Origin: Basidiobolus meristosporus CBS 931.73 | Taxonomy: Eukaryota > Fungi > Basidiobolomycota | NCBI GenBank assembly: GCA_002104905.1 | Contig: MCFE01000072.1 | Location: forward strand, 62,001-126,000 | DNA length: 64,000 nucleotides | Reading direction: 5' to 3' | Shown here: positions 24,431 through 37,959 of the stretch, one piece after another | How the letters are laid out: every line of letters starts with the position of its first letter | Numbering within the stretch: the first letter of the stretch is position 1 | Program-made: the position numbers and the translations under genes | The notes under the pieces: generated by a model | Database searches by the model: none | The model's input: only the letters and a program-made list of their open reading frames with translations | What the model was told of the DNA's origin: nothing

Positions 24431-24960
24431 TGGTATGGAATATGGGCTCACAATCCATCAGCCCTTTTGTTTCACCCATCATACTGGAAAAAATTCACTT
24501 TTTGACCTTTTTTTTGGATCAATGCTGTGAAGGATGTGAAAGTGCACAAAAGGAATGAAGACATGCATCTGGTACTTAATACCCATGGCACTCTGAATCT
24601 ATCTACTGTGGCTAGTATCATGTTACAAAAATGCATGGCACTATCTTGGTTCACTGGTATCATCTGGCACCAAAAATGCATTGTATAGGTTTTACTTTGG
24701 GCTTATATTTAAGTATAGTGCCTGAGAATACCCAAGGACCAAGATAGTGCCATGTGTTTTTGTGACATGATAAAAGCCACAGGAGCTAGATTCAAAGTGC
24801 CATGGGTATTGAGTACCAGATGCATGTCTTCATTCCTTTTGTGCACTTTCACATCCTTCACAGCATTGATCCAAAAAAAAGGTCAAAAAATGAATTTTTT
24901 CCAGTATGATGGGTGAGTCAAAGGGGCTGATGGATTGTGAGCCCATATTCCATACCAACA
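24428..24960. repeat. Foldback hairpin (arms about 243 bp, spacer about 47 bp), PHIS-family derivative
   Basis: 24428-24670 is the reverse complement of 24718-24960; the core is homologous to 60300-60780. Confidence 0.88.
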
Positions 24961-27760
24961 AAGTGGGTCAGTGGGAGACTTGAGGTATTTCTTGATTGTT
25001 GTTGCTGTGGAGTTGGTGGCTTGGCTGGTCTTGACTTTCTCAAGGAGTAAAGGAGCTATAATACTGGAGGACTGGGTTGCAAGGAGTTCAAAATGTCTTT
25101 TGTTGAGTACAGGGTTTTTCATTTGCCAACAGCCATCATCCCCTTCTTCAAGGGAATACTCCACCATTCTGGAGAGGGCATCAGCTTTTCCTTATTTCAC
25201 ACCTGGTCTATAGGTGATGGCAAAGTCAAAGCTAGACAGGAAGAGGGACCATCTAGCTTGTCTCTGGCTCAGTACTTTTGAGGTGGTAAAGTACTCCAGG
25301 TTCATGTGGTCACAGAAGATCTTTATCTTTTGGGCTCCACCATCATGGTAGTGACTCCATTGTTCAATGGCAACAACAATTGCAAGTAGTTGCTTGTTGT
25401 AGCTATCATAGTTTACTTCAGCCAGAGTAAACTTTCAAGAGTAGAATGTAATAGGGTGTAGCACATTCTTGTTGTCATACTGGCAAAGGATAGCACCAAG
25501 GGTAAAGTTAGAGGCATTGGTTTCTATGATGAAAGCTCTCTCAAGATCAGGGAGGGCAAGCAGCAGGGCACACAAGAAAGATTTCTTGGTAGAATCAAAG
25601 GACTCAGACTGTTCCTTATTCCAGGCAAAGGGCAGATTTTCTGGGGGAGCTTTGTCCAGGGAGTGACTATCTTGGAGTAGTTGGCAATGAATCTACAGTA
25701 GAAGCTGGTAAATCCAAGGTAGGATTGCACTTCTTTTACAGAACAGGGAGCTTTCCAGGATTGAATGGCTTCTACTTTCTTGGGTGGCATTCTTGTTCCA
25801 TTTGAGCTTATAGGATAACCTAGGAACTCAACTTCCGTCTAGTCAAACTCTCATTTTCCAGTTTGGTATAGAGGCCAGTGGTGTCAAGCATTGTCAGGAC
25901 TTTCTTCACATGAGAATTATGTTGTTCTTGAGTCTTGGAGTAGACCAGGATATCATCAAGGTAGATAACCACAAATTGGTTGGGGTACTCATGGAATATG
26001 TCATTCATCTGGTGTTCAAAGACCGCAGGGGCATTGGTGAGGTCAAATGGCATAACTTTATACTCAAAGTGAACATATCTTGTTCTGAAGGCAGTTTTCT
26101 CTTCATCACTAGACTTCATCCTGACAAGGTTTTAAGCTCCTCTAAGACCAATTTTAGTAAATACTTTGGCAGCAGAGATTTGATCCAACAGGGTGTTGAT
26201 CTGGGGCAAAGGGTACCAGTTCTTGATTGTGATCTTATTTGGTGCACAGTAGTCTACACACATTCTTAGGTTATCATGCTTTTTTTGACAAAGAGGATGG
26301 GGGCACCAGCTGGGTACTTAGATTGCTGAATAAGACCTTTCAGGAGGTTATCTTGGATATGACCATGGAGCTCTTTCAGCTCAGGTTGCAAGAGGTTGTA
26401 GATAGAGCTAAAAGGTGGGGTTTTTCCATCCTCAAGGTCAATGGGACAATTCAAGGGTCTATGTGCTGAAAGTAGTTCTGCTTTCCTCTTATCAAAGACA
26501 TGGGCAAACTCTTGATACTTAGCAGGTATTCCATTGGAAGCAGTTCCCTCAGTGATGATGGGCTCCTGAGTCAAGGTTACTAAGCCATGAGCTTCCAAGG
26601 ACTATGGGGTAGTGGGGAGAGTAGATGATGTTGAAGACTATTGTCTCATGGTGACCAGTGCTGGACAGATGGAGTAGATGTGTCTGACAGGTAACGGCAC
26701 TGGAGGAAAGGGATCTTTCATCAATAACTTATACTTGGTTGGGACAGGATTTTGGGATAGTGCAGATTTTGTGCTTCTGGACAAAGGACTGGTCAATAAA
26801 ACAGGAGTAAGCACCAGAATCTATGAGGGTAAGGACATGGACAGTACTGGATTCAGGAATATGGATGCTACATGCATTCTCAAGGACTGGATGGACTTGG
26901 TATCATATAATGTTTCCTGAATGTATTAAATTTCCATTGGAGTGTCCAATTGCAAGCCTGTCATTGTAATTGGACACTGGAGCTTCCCAATAACTCTGGA
27001 CAAGGCTGTTCACTAGATGATTGCAGGAGTTTGAAGCTGGCCTTCTTGTTGTGACAAGACCTGGCAAAGTGGCCTGGTTGGCCACAGTAAGGCAGAGGTT
27101 TGCAAGTTGATGTCTGGACCTTTCCTTGTTTTTAAGTTTCTTGTATTTGGCACTGTCAATTTACATTTTATCATCAGGCTTAGTACTGGGTGTCTGGATT
27201 ACTAGGAAGGAGGTTGGCTGATAAGTATGTTAGAACTTTTGTTTCTTCTAGAGAAGACAACTGTCACATTGGATTGCTTGATGTATAGCTTCACCCAAGG
27301 TAGTTGGGTCAGGGAGTATGAGTAGTGGGTCACTGACTTCATCATTGAGTCCATCTTGAAACTGACTAACTAGGGCAGCATTACCCCAAAGGCTCAAGTA
27401 ACTGGCCAGTAGCCGGAATTCAGAAGCATAGGCAGATGCAGGTCTGTTTCCTTGCTTCAAGTTCTTGATCTTGTTGGCAGCAGTTCTGGCTTGGTCAATG
27501 TTGCCAAATGTTAGATCCATTTCTGCAAGAAAGGCATGGTAGTCACTGAGTAGAGGAGAGTTGGTTGCCACCAAAGAGGAGAGTCATTTCTGGACAGTTC
27601 CAGTAAGCAGGTTAAAGATATAACCTACTTCTGCTTGATCTGTTGGGAACTGATTGGGTTGTAGCAACAAGTGAATTTAGTAAAACTTTCTAGAAGGAAC
27701 TGGAATCTCTTCACCAACTTGATTTAGCTTGAGCATTGGGAACCAGGGATGTCATGTGAT
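24961..27760 (-). mobile_element. Decayed Ty3/gypsy retrotransposon (gag, RT, RNase H)
   Basis: Gag QPNQFPTD..YIFNLLTGT and FQDGLNDEV; RT GAPILFVKK and YLDDILVYSKT; RNase H ETNASNFTLGAIL; many stops and frameshifts; no LTR seen. Confidence 0.9.
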
Positions 27761-27769
27761 CCTGACATG

Positions 27770-30100
27770 TAGCAATTTGGCAATACCACACCTTATTGCC
27801 TGGTTTCCATTTTTGTCTTCTTGGCTTCTTGTTTTTAGGTGCAGGGCAACATTGTTTTTTAGCATTCTTGAATACTTTTTTGTATAGATGGAGAGTACAG
27901 TGTATTCAACCTTGCTGTATAGTTATTATGTGCTGTCAGGGGGACACCTTTCATCATTAATCCAGCTTCTTTGCAAAGCTTGGGTCTCTGTTCACATAGA
28001 ATTTCATAAAGGGGAAAACCTGTTGTTTTATTTGGTGTGGTACACATTGCTAGGAGTGCTGGTGGGAATAGCTTGGTCCATGACTGGGAAAGTTCCCAGT
28101 GAAGCTTCTCTAATATGCAGCAACATGACTGGTTCATCCTCTTGGCTAATCTGTTAGTCTGGGGATGATATGTGGCCATGAAAACCTGTTTCATGCCCTT
28201 CAATTTAGACAGGTGGGCCATAGTGTTGTTTAGGAAGCAACAACCATTGTTGGACAGAAGTATCTAAAGATATCCATGCTTGCAGATGAGGTGTTCTAGT
28301 ATGAATTGGGTGGATGTCTTCTGATCTTTCTTTTGGAGAGCTAGAGCTTCTACCCAACTTGAGATATAATTGCTACCAACAATTATGTATTGTTTTCCTT
28401 TCTTTTTCTGATAAAGGAGCCAACAAAGTCAATCCCTACTTGGTGGAAGGGTAAGTTGACCAGCAGTGGTGCAGTTGTCCCTATTTTCTGACTCTGATTA
28501 AATCTTTTTCAAGTGGTGCATCTTTATATTACATTTATAATGTTGGTTATCATTTTTTTGTAATAAGATGCCTTTCTTAACATCTTATATGTCATTGGGG
28601 GTAAGTGTGCCCTAATGACATATGTCTTTCTTGTATGATTTCCTTGCAGGCAGTTAGTGGGGATACCTTGGCTCTGAACTGTTCTTGGAGGAACAATAGT
28701 TGATTTTCTTATACTTTGTTCTAACACTATTTCCTTCAAAATTCTCTCTTTTGTTTGTTTGTAAAAATGTATTTGAGATACTTCCCCTTTATTTTAAAGC
28801 AGATCACATCCTTGTAATTATCACTAATGCATATTTGGCAGATGGGATAGCAACTGTAGAAGTCTGCATCCTGGTGCCTCTTGCCAGTGTAGCAAATTAT
28901 CTCAAAGTTGTATTCCTGTAGTCAGAGTTATTGGATAGTTGTGTGTGTGGTTGTTTAGCAAATGGCACATGTAACCAATTAAGTGGAATTTGCTGGGCTG
29001 GTGGTACTGTCCCAGTATGGTACCAACACTAGTGAGGCTTCCATCACAGTTAATAAAATATTACAAATCCCAATTGGGAAAACATGATGCTGGGGTGACA
29101 TCAGGGAATGTTTTAGCTGATTGAATGCTCCCTTTTGAGGCTCTAACCACATAAAACACTGGCCTTTCTGCATTAATTTGTACAGGGGGGCTGCCATTGT
29201 CACAAAGCTTTTGACAAAGTGGCAATTGTACCTGGTTAATCCTGGAACCCAGACACTGCATTGATATCCTTTGGTGCAGGTGTATCTTCAACATCCCTCA
29301 GTAGTAAAGTAGATGGGTGTATCCCATCTACCAAGATCTTGTGGCCCAGGAACAACAATTTTGTATACTGGAAGTGACACTGCCTGGGGTGTTGTTTGAG
29401 TTGGTTCTTGAGGAAGGCTGTCAGGATGCATTGCACATTGTGTATATGTTCTTCTACATCTGGGGAATATACTGTGATGTTGTCTAGATACACAAGAGCT
29501 CATTCCTATTGTAAATTTCCTAGTACCTTATCAATCATCCTTTGCAACATAGTGGGGGCATTGTACAAGCCAAAGGGTGGTTGTTTCCATTTGTATAATC
29601 CAAAAAATGTTAGGAAAGAGGTTTTGGGGCAATATTCTGGGGCTACTTCTACTTGTCAATGCCCAGAGATTCATTCAAGAGAGCTAAAATATATAGTTCT
29701 GACTAATCTGTCCTAGAGGTTGCTTATTTGAAGTAGTGGATACATGTCATTCCACATGACAGCATTGACTTTCAGTAGTCAATGCAAACTGTTGCTTTCA
29801 GTCCTTCTTTGGGACTTACACTATGGGGGAGGCCCACAGAGAGTGGCTCTCTGCAATGATATTGTCCTTAAATAAAGTTTCAATTGTCTCTTTGATAAAT
29901 TCAAGGTTAATTTTTGAGTTCCTATAGGCTTTTTACTTGATGATGTATTTTTGGGCAAGGTGGATTTGATACTATACCCCAGGAATATGGCCATTTGCAT
30001 GGTTCTCAGTAAATATTCAAGCAAAAGGGTGCATTTCTTCTAGTAAGTTGTTGAACAGCTGAAGAATATATCCATCCCAGCTGATCTAAGGCAAGATATT
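27770..30100 (-). mobile_element. Second decayed Ty3/gypsy pol remnant (RT, RNase H, integrase)
   Basis: YLDNITVYSPD (degenerate YxDD); integrase ATYHPQTNRLAKRMN..TPNKTTGFPLYEIL. Confidence 0.82.
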
Positions 30101-30632
30101 AACTGTGTTTGCTGACTGGACTGCCCAGTATAGTAAAAGATGCTCACACCTTACTACTTGCCCTGTATAGGGCTTTGGACTCATTATCATTGTCTAAAGG
30201 TGGTGAGCAGCATTGTGGCAGTATCAAGTAGAAGAATATGTCTACTTACCACTTGCTCATAGAAGCTAGCCCTATGAGAAATCATTGTGATGATCCCATT
30301 GAAAGGCCCTCACAAGTTCTAAGTCTGGTGACCAAGAGGTGCTGATCCCATCAGGACACCATATAAAGACCGTCAAAAAATAATTGTACCCCAGATATCA
30401 AAAAAACTTGGTCGATATTTCTCATCTCAACATTACAAAAGTGGCTTTTGATTAGTTCTCCACCAGTTTTTTCACTTTCTGATCCCAGACACTTTTTGAC
30501 CTCCTACATTTGTGTGCATTGATTGGCTATTACCTCTTTTTATGCCTACAAATTGATTTATTTCTTTTCAAACTTCAGTTGTACCTCAATTGCCAGTTGC
30601 ATGGACTTATGCAAGTACCTAAACCCTACACC

Positions 30633-30982
30633 GGTTGTAAATATTTGTATTTCCACCTAAGTATTCATCTAACTTAGTCACCTGGATCATTACCTTCATA
30701 TCTTAGAGAATACTGACCAAATTCCTTGTTGGGATTTACTTAGAATATTTTCACCAAAATATTAGGTACCCAGAACATCAAAATTCGCAAAGTTGTCCAA
30801 ACAGCCCCAAACTTTGCACACATGTTCCTGGGACCTTTCTTAACCAATTCTACATGTTTGTTACGCCAAGACCAGGCAAAAGTATCAATACTACTTTTAC
30901 ATTCAATAAATCATTAAGTAAAAAACCACAAAATCTACTTGTTCTCCCAATCACTTCCAATATCTCCAAGACTCTTACAACA
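30633..30982 (+). mobile_element. Solo LTR of the copia family (350 bp), 5-bp TSD ACACC
   Basis: (T/G)GTTGTAA...TTACAACA; ACACC on both flanks; homologous to 40928-41275 and 53120-53468. Confidence 0.85.
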
Positions 30983-31228
30983 ACACCAACATTGAGCTCA
31001 ACCCCACAATCAACAAGTAACCCCACTTAAATTCACCATTCAATAAGTATTACTGCTCTATTTCTATGTTTCCATTACTTTAGCAGGAACCCTATGGATT
31101 ATGCCACTGTTCATTCACTGATTGCCATATATCCTGGTCATCAGCCAGCACTGCAAGGTCTAGCTCTTTATCTGCCAATCTTTGCAATAAGACCTTGCAA
31201 TATTCAAGTGCGTTTAGTTGGGTACTGC

Positions 31229-32298
31229 TGTAGTGGGGTGACAGTGACACCCACTGACAGTTGTGCTCATTCCCTCATTTTCTACTTCCCTTTATCTCTA
31301 CTACATTTATTTTAGTTTTATCCCATTTGTCTTACCCAATCAGTACTATCCCATAAGCCGGTTGACTATCACACCTGCTTACCTTATTGCATAAGTTACC
31401 CCTCACTTTATGTAGATTACTAGCTATAAGTGCTTCTATATTAGGCAAGTACCCGTGCAAGTACCCGTGACACATGATCAACCCATGTCACCATCCCTAT
31501 CATTTCCATACCATATATGGTATCCCTTTGTTACACAGGTTTCAGAATACTGATTCCTGATTGGTTGGATGTGCTGTGCCTCTTAGAACCTTCCGGCACC
31601 TACTTAGAACATTCTTAGGTCATTCTGATGTCATTAAGATTTCTATTGATATCCAGAACCTTCTGGAGCACCATGATTAGTAATCACTTAGCCAGTAAGA
31701 AAAGTATATAAGGGAGGCTATCCCTCAACAATAAATCATCATCCCTTTTATCAATATACCAACTTGTTGATTAGTGTGATCACTGCTACCTGCTGCTACC
31801 TGAACTTCCAACCCCAGACCACAGGACACTCCCAGGAAACCGTGCTGACAGCCAACTGACCTTGGAGGCACTACTTGTGAGGAATACTCAGAGTAGGTAT
31901 CTTTTATTATATTTGATTCTTTCCCAAGTTTGTTCTTGTACAGGCAAAGATATTTTTCTGTCTTTGTAACTATTGACCACTGCTGCATTCTTATCAAGTC
32001 CCTGCTGGTGGAGTTTACAGTTGTTTTGACTTTGGAAGCTTTAGTACATTGTCATCTCAAAGGATGCTGAACCCAGCACATACTTTTGTTAAGATGCCAA
32101 CTAAGTTGGGGATTGTAGCTCATTAGTTTTCCCTTGACAAGCTTGTGGCTTTATTCCCCTTCACATTAGATTAGAGACAGAACCCAAGTATTGCTAGCAA
32201 GCTTTTGCCAGAGGTTATTGCACCCAGTGAACACCCAACACACAAAACACTTCAGAAGTGTTGGATATATCTCTCCCTTGGACTTATACACCACCACA
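31229..32298 (+). mobile_element. Solo LTR (about 1.07 kb), 4-bp TSD CTGC
   Basis: Termini TGTAGTGG...CCACCACA; removing it restores the host sequence (actgc|tcttgaag) seen uninterrupted near 51035; internal TATATAA and AATAAA. Confidence 0.8.
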
Positions 32299-33727
32299 CT
32301 GCTCTTGAAGAAGTGCTGCAACCTTTTGGTTTGCCTATAGATGTTACAAATTCCACCAATGGCATTGTGATGACATTTTTAGTTCTTGACATAGTTACTT
32401 TGTCTAACAATAGGATCTCCACTGTGTAAACCATGGGGACATGGAGGCTATAGTAGACAATTTGCCTTTCACTGCAAATTCATCTACCTCACCAGAGTGT
32501 ACATCAACTGGTTGTGCTTCCAATTTGTGTGAAAAAAGCTGCTTTCTTGTTGGTAATTCTTCTTGGCTATGATGGGATTCAGCTTGTTCTAGACTTAAGG
32601 CATTAATTGGCAAGAGCTGCAGCTTTTTCTCACCCTTCCCTGTGTCTGGCTTGGGTAGACTTTTTCCCCTTTATCTTCTCCTTTATCACTGCAGGGTCTG
32701 TCATTGCTATTTTGTCTGAGTGCTTCTTGTATTGAGCTATGTTATCTCTGTGAAATAATGCTGCTCTGATGCATCTGTTTTGGTTTGTTAGTCCCTTGCT
32801 GGCAATCTGCAGGCAACCTGACACTTCTTTCCTGCTTGTATCAAGGTCTCAGCCCATGCTCTGGTGGGCTCCTGAGGTAGCTGCTTGTTTCCATCACCAC
32901 TAGGTTCTTTACTGCCACTTTTACCAAGCCCTTCCTGAGTAGAACTAAGCTTCTTTGTTGATAAATGTTGTGCTAGTGCATCCATGCCTGCCAGCATTTG
33001 CCTTATTGGCACTCTTCCAGCTACCTGCTTCCTCTTTGATGCTTACTTAGAGCTTTTGGCCCTGCTTGTAACAGGCACTTGAGGAAGCTGCTGGCTTTTA
33101 GCCACTACACCATTGTTCTGCAGCCTTTGATAGTTTCTGCTTTTCTCAAGATACTTGCTTAGCATATCAATGTTGGCCCAAATCTGTTTGCTAGTTTAAA
33201 TCCAGGATAATGCTGATGGTACAAGTCAAGCACATTCTATTGAGACTTGAGTTCCTGATGGTCCCATGGGATGCTGGCCTTAAGGTGTTAACATGCAAGA
33301 CTTTAAATGGCCTTTTGAATATTAGCCCACTCTTTATCATTGCACTCAATGGCATTGTGATTCTACAATGTCTTCTAATTCTTGGGCTTTGGAATGATTA
33401 CTACATTTTTTCCTCCCATGCTGTAATAGGTTTTTCTGTGGGCTTTGTTTTTAGGCCCTGTTGTTGTGCTTCAAAGACTGTACAGTGTTCCACTGCTGTT
33501 ACATTAGGAATTGGCTCAATTCTTTGCTGTGACATTGAACTACTTGAATTCCTTCTTTGCAGCAAAGATACTAACATCTCTACCTGAGATGTTGATTGCT
33601 TGTCACATATTATCTGCTCATCCTGTTTCTGGAATATTTTGTGATTTCTCTGGGCCATTACATCTATCCTATCAGCCACCACATCTATTTGTCTTGTTAA
33701 TGCTTCCATATGAGCTGACAACATACT

Positions 33728-34122
33728 AGACTTGTTCTGTTGGATAGTGCCACATTGAGCCATGAGTGCCAAATGATGCCATAGTGTGCCAGAGAGGTCA
33801 AGTGGGCCTATACTTGGCCACAGAGTGTGAAACATAGCTCTGCAACTTCATGCAAAGCAGCCCCTGTGTTTCACCCATTGTGTTGGAGAAAATCCATTCT
33901 CTGACCTTTTTTTTGGATCAATGTTGTGCAGGATATATTAGAGCACAAGCAGATTGAAGATATGCATCTGGTACTCAATACCCATGGCACTCTGAATCTA
34001 GCTCCTGTAGCTTGTATCATGTCACAAAAATGAATGGCACTATCTTGGTCCACTGGTACTATCTGGCACTATATTTAAATATTTGCCCTAAAGTAAGATC
34101 TATACAAAGCACTTATAGTGCC
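33728..34122. mobile_element. Half of the foldback element (left arm plus spacer; right arm deleted)
   Basis: ACT|AGACTTGTTC start; spacer is the reverse complement of the 60512-60552 spacer. Confidence 0.82.
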
Positions 34123-35113
34123 ATAACCTCTGGCAAAAGCTTGCTAGGAATACTTGGGTTCTGTCTCTAATCTAATGTGAAGGGGAATAAAGCCACAAGC
34201 TTGTCAAGGGAAAACTATTGAGCTACAATCCCCAACTTAGTTGGCGTCTTAACAAAAGTATGTGCTGGGTTCAGCGTCCTTTGAGATGACAATGTACTAA
34301 AGCTTCCAAAGTCAAAACAACTGTAAACTCCACCAGCAGGGACTTGATAAGAATGCAGCTTTGGTCAATAGTTACAAAGACAGAAAAGTATCTTTGCCTG
34401 TACAAGAACAAACTTGGGAAAGAATCAAATATAATAAAAGATACCTACTCTGAGTATTCCTCACAAGTAGTGCCTCCAAGGTCAGTTGGCTGTCAGCACG
34501 GTTTCCTGGGAGTGTCCTGTGGTCTAGGGTTGGAAGTTCAGGTAGCAGCAGGTAGCAGTGATCACACTAATCAACAAGTCAGTATATTGATAAAAGGGAT
34601 GATGATTTATTGTTGAGGGATAGCCTCCCTTATATACTTTTCTTACTGGCTAAGTGATTACCAATCATGGTGTTCCAGAAGGTTCCAGATATCAATAGAA
34701 ATCTTAATGACATCAGAATGACCTAAGTATGTTCTAAGTAGGTGCCGGAAGGTTCTAAGAGGCACAGCACATCCAACCAATCAGGAATCAGTATTCTGAA
34801 ACCTGTGTAACATGGGGATACCATATATGGTATGGAAATGGTAGGGATGGTGACACAGGTTGATCATGTGTCACGGGTACTGGCGCGGGTACTTGCCTAA
34901 TATAGAAGCACTTGTAACTAGTAATCTTACATAAAGTGAGGGGTAACTTATGCAATAAGGTAAGCAGGTGTGATAGTCAACCGGCTTATGGGATAGTACT
35001 GATTGGGTAAGACAAATGGGATAAAACTAAAATGAGTGTAGTAGGGATATAGGGAAGTAGAAAATAAGGGAATGAGCACATCTGTCAGTGGGTGTCACTG
35101 TCACCCCACTACA
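34119..35113 (-). mobile_element. Second, inverted copy of the 1.07-kb LTR, 3-prime truncated
   Basis: Near-identical reverse complement of 31229-32222. Confidence 0.85.
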
Positions 35114-35762
35114 GCGGGTCCGCAGAGATTGCCAATTGCCTGCTTGACTGAGTGCCTGAGGAGTCCACATTATTCCCTTCAGTGGGCACACTGCCCACAA
35201 GGCCTTTTTGGGTTGTAGCCTAGATTGTAAGACTTAATGTCAAAGCAAGCTGCTGTCCATTTGTTCTTCTGCTGTTGTCAATGGTGGGGTGCAGTTGGGA
35301 ACCAGATAACTGTTGCAATGTAAGAAGTGATCTGGATAAAAGGAACTTGTCAAGTTATAGTGACAAAAGTTGAACAGTTGCTTATTCATAAAGAGGATCA
35401 GTATGTATACCTTTGCAGAAGCAATACAGCTGTAACACTAAGTAAGGAGGGTTGCTTAGCATTCAGCAGCATTCGGTAACAGTTTCAGGGTTAGTACATA
35501 ATGTTTGGTAAAAAGTGTTGATTTGATCTTCACTGTAGGGGAATAATCATAGAATCATAGATGTGAAGAAACTGGCAAAGTTGGGGCTGCAAATAAGTCC
35601 TACATTGACCAACACTGGTCTAGAACTGTAAAGTAAACTTATAGCTGCTGAATGATAACAAATAGTCCAATATTCCAATGCCCCCCCTCAACTCAATAAT
35701 CTCTTAATACTAATTCCTCTCTGAGATTGCCAAATTGTGGTCTAGCTAGTAGTTTTGTCATT

Positions 35763-35943
35763 ACACTTGTTCCATCATTCCAGCTGATCATAGCACCCAA
35801 TAGTGCCATAGCATGCCAGATGGTGCCATAGAGTGCCAATTTGGGATCAAAACTGACATGTGTATGACACTAAAATATCAAATTAATAACAAAATATACA
35901 GCACTCTCTGGCACTATGATCAATGGCACAATGGAACAAGTCT
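35763..35943. mobile_element. 181-bp MITE, TIR A(G/C)ACTTGTTCCAT, TSD ATT
   Basis: att|ACACTTGTTCCAT...ATGGAACAAGTCT|att; internal TAGTGCCA-like motifs. Confidence 0.85.
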
Positions 35944-37959
35944 ATTATATCTGCCACCATTTTGTCCATTAGACACTAATTCTCCAATTCACCTCCAATA
36001 TATCTCTCTAATATTTCAACAAAACCAACTCTACTAAGCTATTTTCCACAGCTCCCCTTGCAAAGTGGTGTTGTATATCTATGTGGTTGGTTCTGGCATG
36101 ATTAGTAGGATTCCTAGCAAATAAAATACAACTTTGATCATCTTTGTAATTACAGGTTGGGTCATCTGAACCAAAGCCTAAGTCTTTGAATAACATCTGT
36201 AGCTTTATAGTCTCCTTAGTTGCTTGAGAAGCAGCCATGTATTCAGCTTCTGTTGTAGATAGGGCCACAGTTGGTTGTTTCTTGCAATTCCAAGTAAAAG
36301 CTGCACTGGCATAAAGAAATACCTACCCAGTGGTAGAGCTTTGGTCAATCAGATCTCTACCCCAATCTTAATCACTATAAACATCATATATTTGCTTATT
36401 AGCTGCTCCAGAGTATTCCTGTACCATATTTATAGTACCTTGTAGATATCTGAAAATCTGCTTAACTACTGTGATTTGATCTGATCCATAACTTTGCATG
36501 AGTTGACTGACTATTCTAGCTGCCACTGTAACATCAGACATGTTGACACCATCAAGTACATCAGGCTACCATCCCATGATTGATATGGAAGGTTTGGTCC
36601 ATATGAGCCATTTTCACCTAAAACTGGCTGAGATTTGCTCAATTTTAGATTATTGTCCATAGGGGTGGCCACAGGCTTGCAATTTTGCATATTGAGGCAC
36701 CTAAGAGTATCCCTGATGTACTTAGACCAATTCAGCACAATTTTTTGTGTAGGTATGTTAAAATTCACTTCAATTCCAAGAAAATAGCTCAATTTTTCAA
36801 GATCTTTCAACTCAATCTTGCTGAAGAGACCTCATTTTATCTGTTTAGGTGCCTCCTGGTCCCTTGTAGCTATTATTTGGTTGTCCATATTAAGAACTAG
36901 GATGATCACATTCTTTTTGAGCTGTTTCACATATATACTGTGATCTGCAGTGTGACAAATGAACCCAATACAGCTATTTCCTGAGTCCACACACCTTATG
37001 GGGGCCTTTGGATTGGTTAACCTTCTGGTTGCTCCATGTATATAGTTTCTTGCAAATCCTCATTGAGAAGGGCTGCTTTGATGTTCATTTGGTGTAGAAC
37101 TAGACTGTGAGCAGCTGCCAGGGCTAGAACTGTCCAGAAGGAGTTAAACTTGGCAACTGGAGCAAATGTTTGCTTGAAGTCTAGTCCCTTGATCTAGGAA
37201 TAGCCTTTGGCCACCAATCTAGCCTTGTATTTATCACCAGTACCATTTGATATTATGATGATCTTGTAGACCCATCTACATCCTATTGGCATTCTTCCAT
37301 TTGGTGAATCTACAAGTTCCTACATTTTTGCTTTGATCAGTGTTTGGTATTCCTCCTGCATGGCTTGTTGCCACGTAGTAGCATCTGGATTTTGCATTGC
37401 CTGTTCCAGATTCTGAGGCTCAGCACATAAGGCAAGCTAAGCTTCTTCATGATCTTTGGATGTCTGCCACCAGGATCCAGGGGAATTTCTTATTCTGGTA
37501 GATCTCCTAACTAGGATAATCTGCTCTGATCTGTAGCTGGTAGAATTGTCTTCCATATCTGGCTGAATTTGGTACATATCTTCTTCATTAGTGTTGATTG
37601 TGCCATCAGGCAGCTGGCCAATGATTTCTGTGGCTTTCTGATCAGCATTCTCCTCAAATACAACATCCATGCTCTTGATCAGCTTCTGAATTATGCCATT
37701 ATATGCTTTATACCCTTTAGTATCATCACAATACCCAAGAAAGATCCCTTTTCTACTCTTTGGTTTCAGCTTTAAGCGTTTTTTGTCAGCAATGTGATAA
37801 AAGCCACTGCTGCCAAAGATCATGAGGTGCTGGAGGTATGGTTTTTTGCCTCTATATGCTTCAAAGGGTGTAGATTTACGTAGTGCTGTTGTGGGCATCT
37901 ATTCTTGATGTATACCATGGTAGAAACAGGTTCAGCCCAAAACCTGTAGTCCATTCACT

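Larger units (their letters stand above)
30270..33727 (+). mobile_element. CMC/EnSpm copy (left end plus ORF-A remnant) interrupted by two solo LTRs
   Basis: Starts CCCTATGAGAAAT; colinear with 50480-52480 once the inserts are removed. Confidence 0.72.

Noticed and set aside
31725-34616. Two nearly identical 90-aa ORFs (31725-31997 minus, 34344-34616 plus) as a duplicated gene
   Set aside because: They lie inside the inverted LTR copies; no motif and only non-ATG (TTG) starts.
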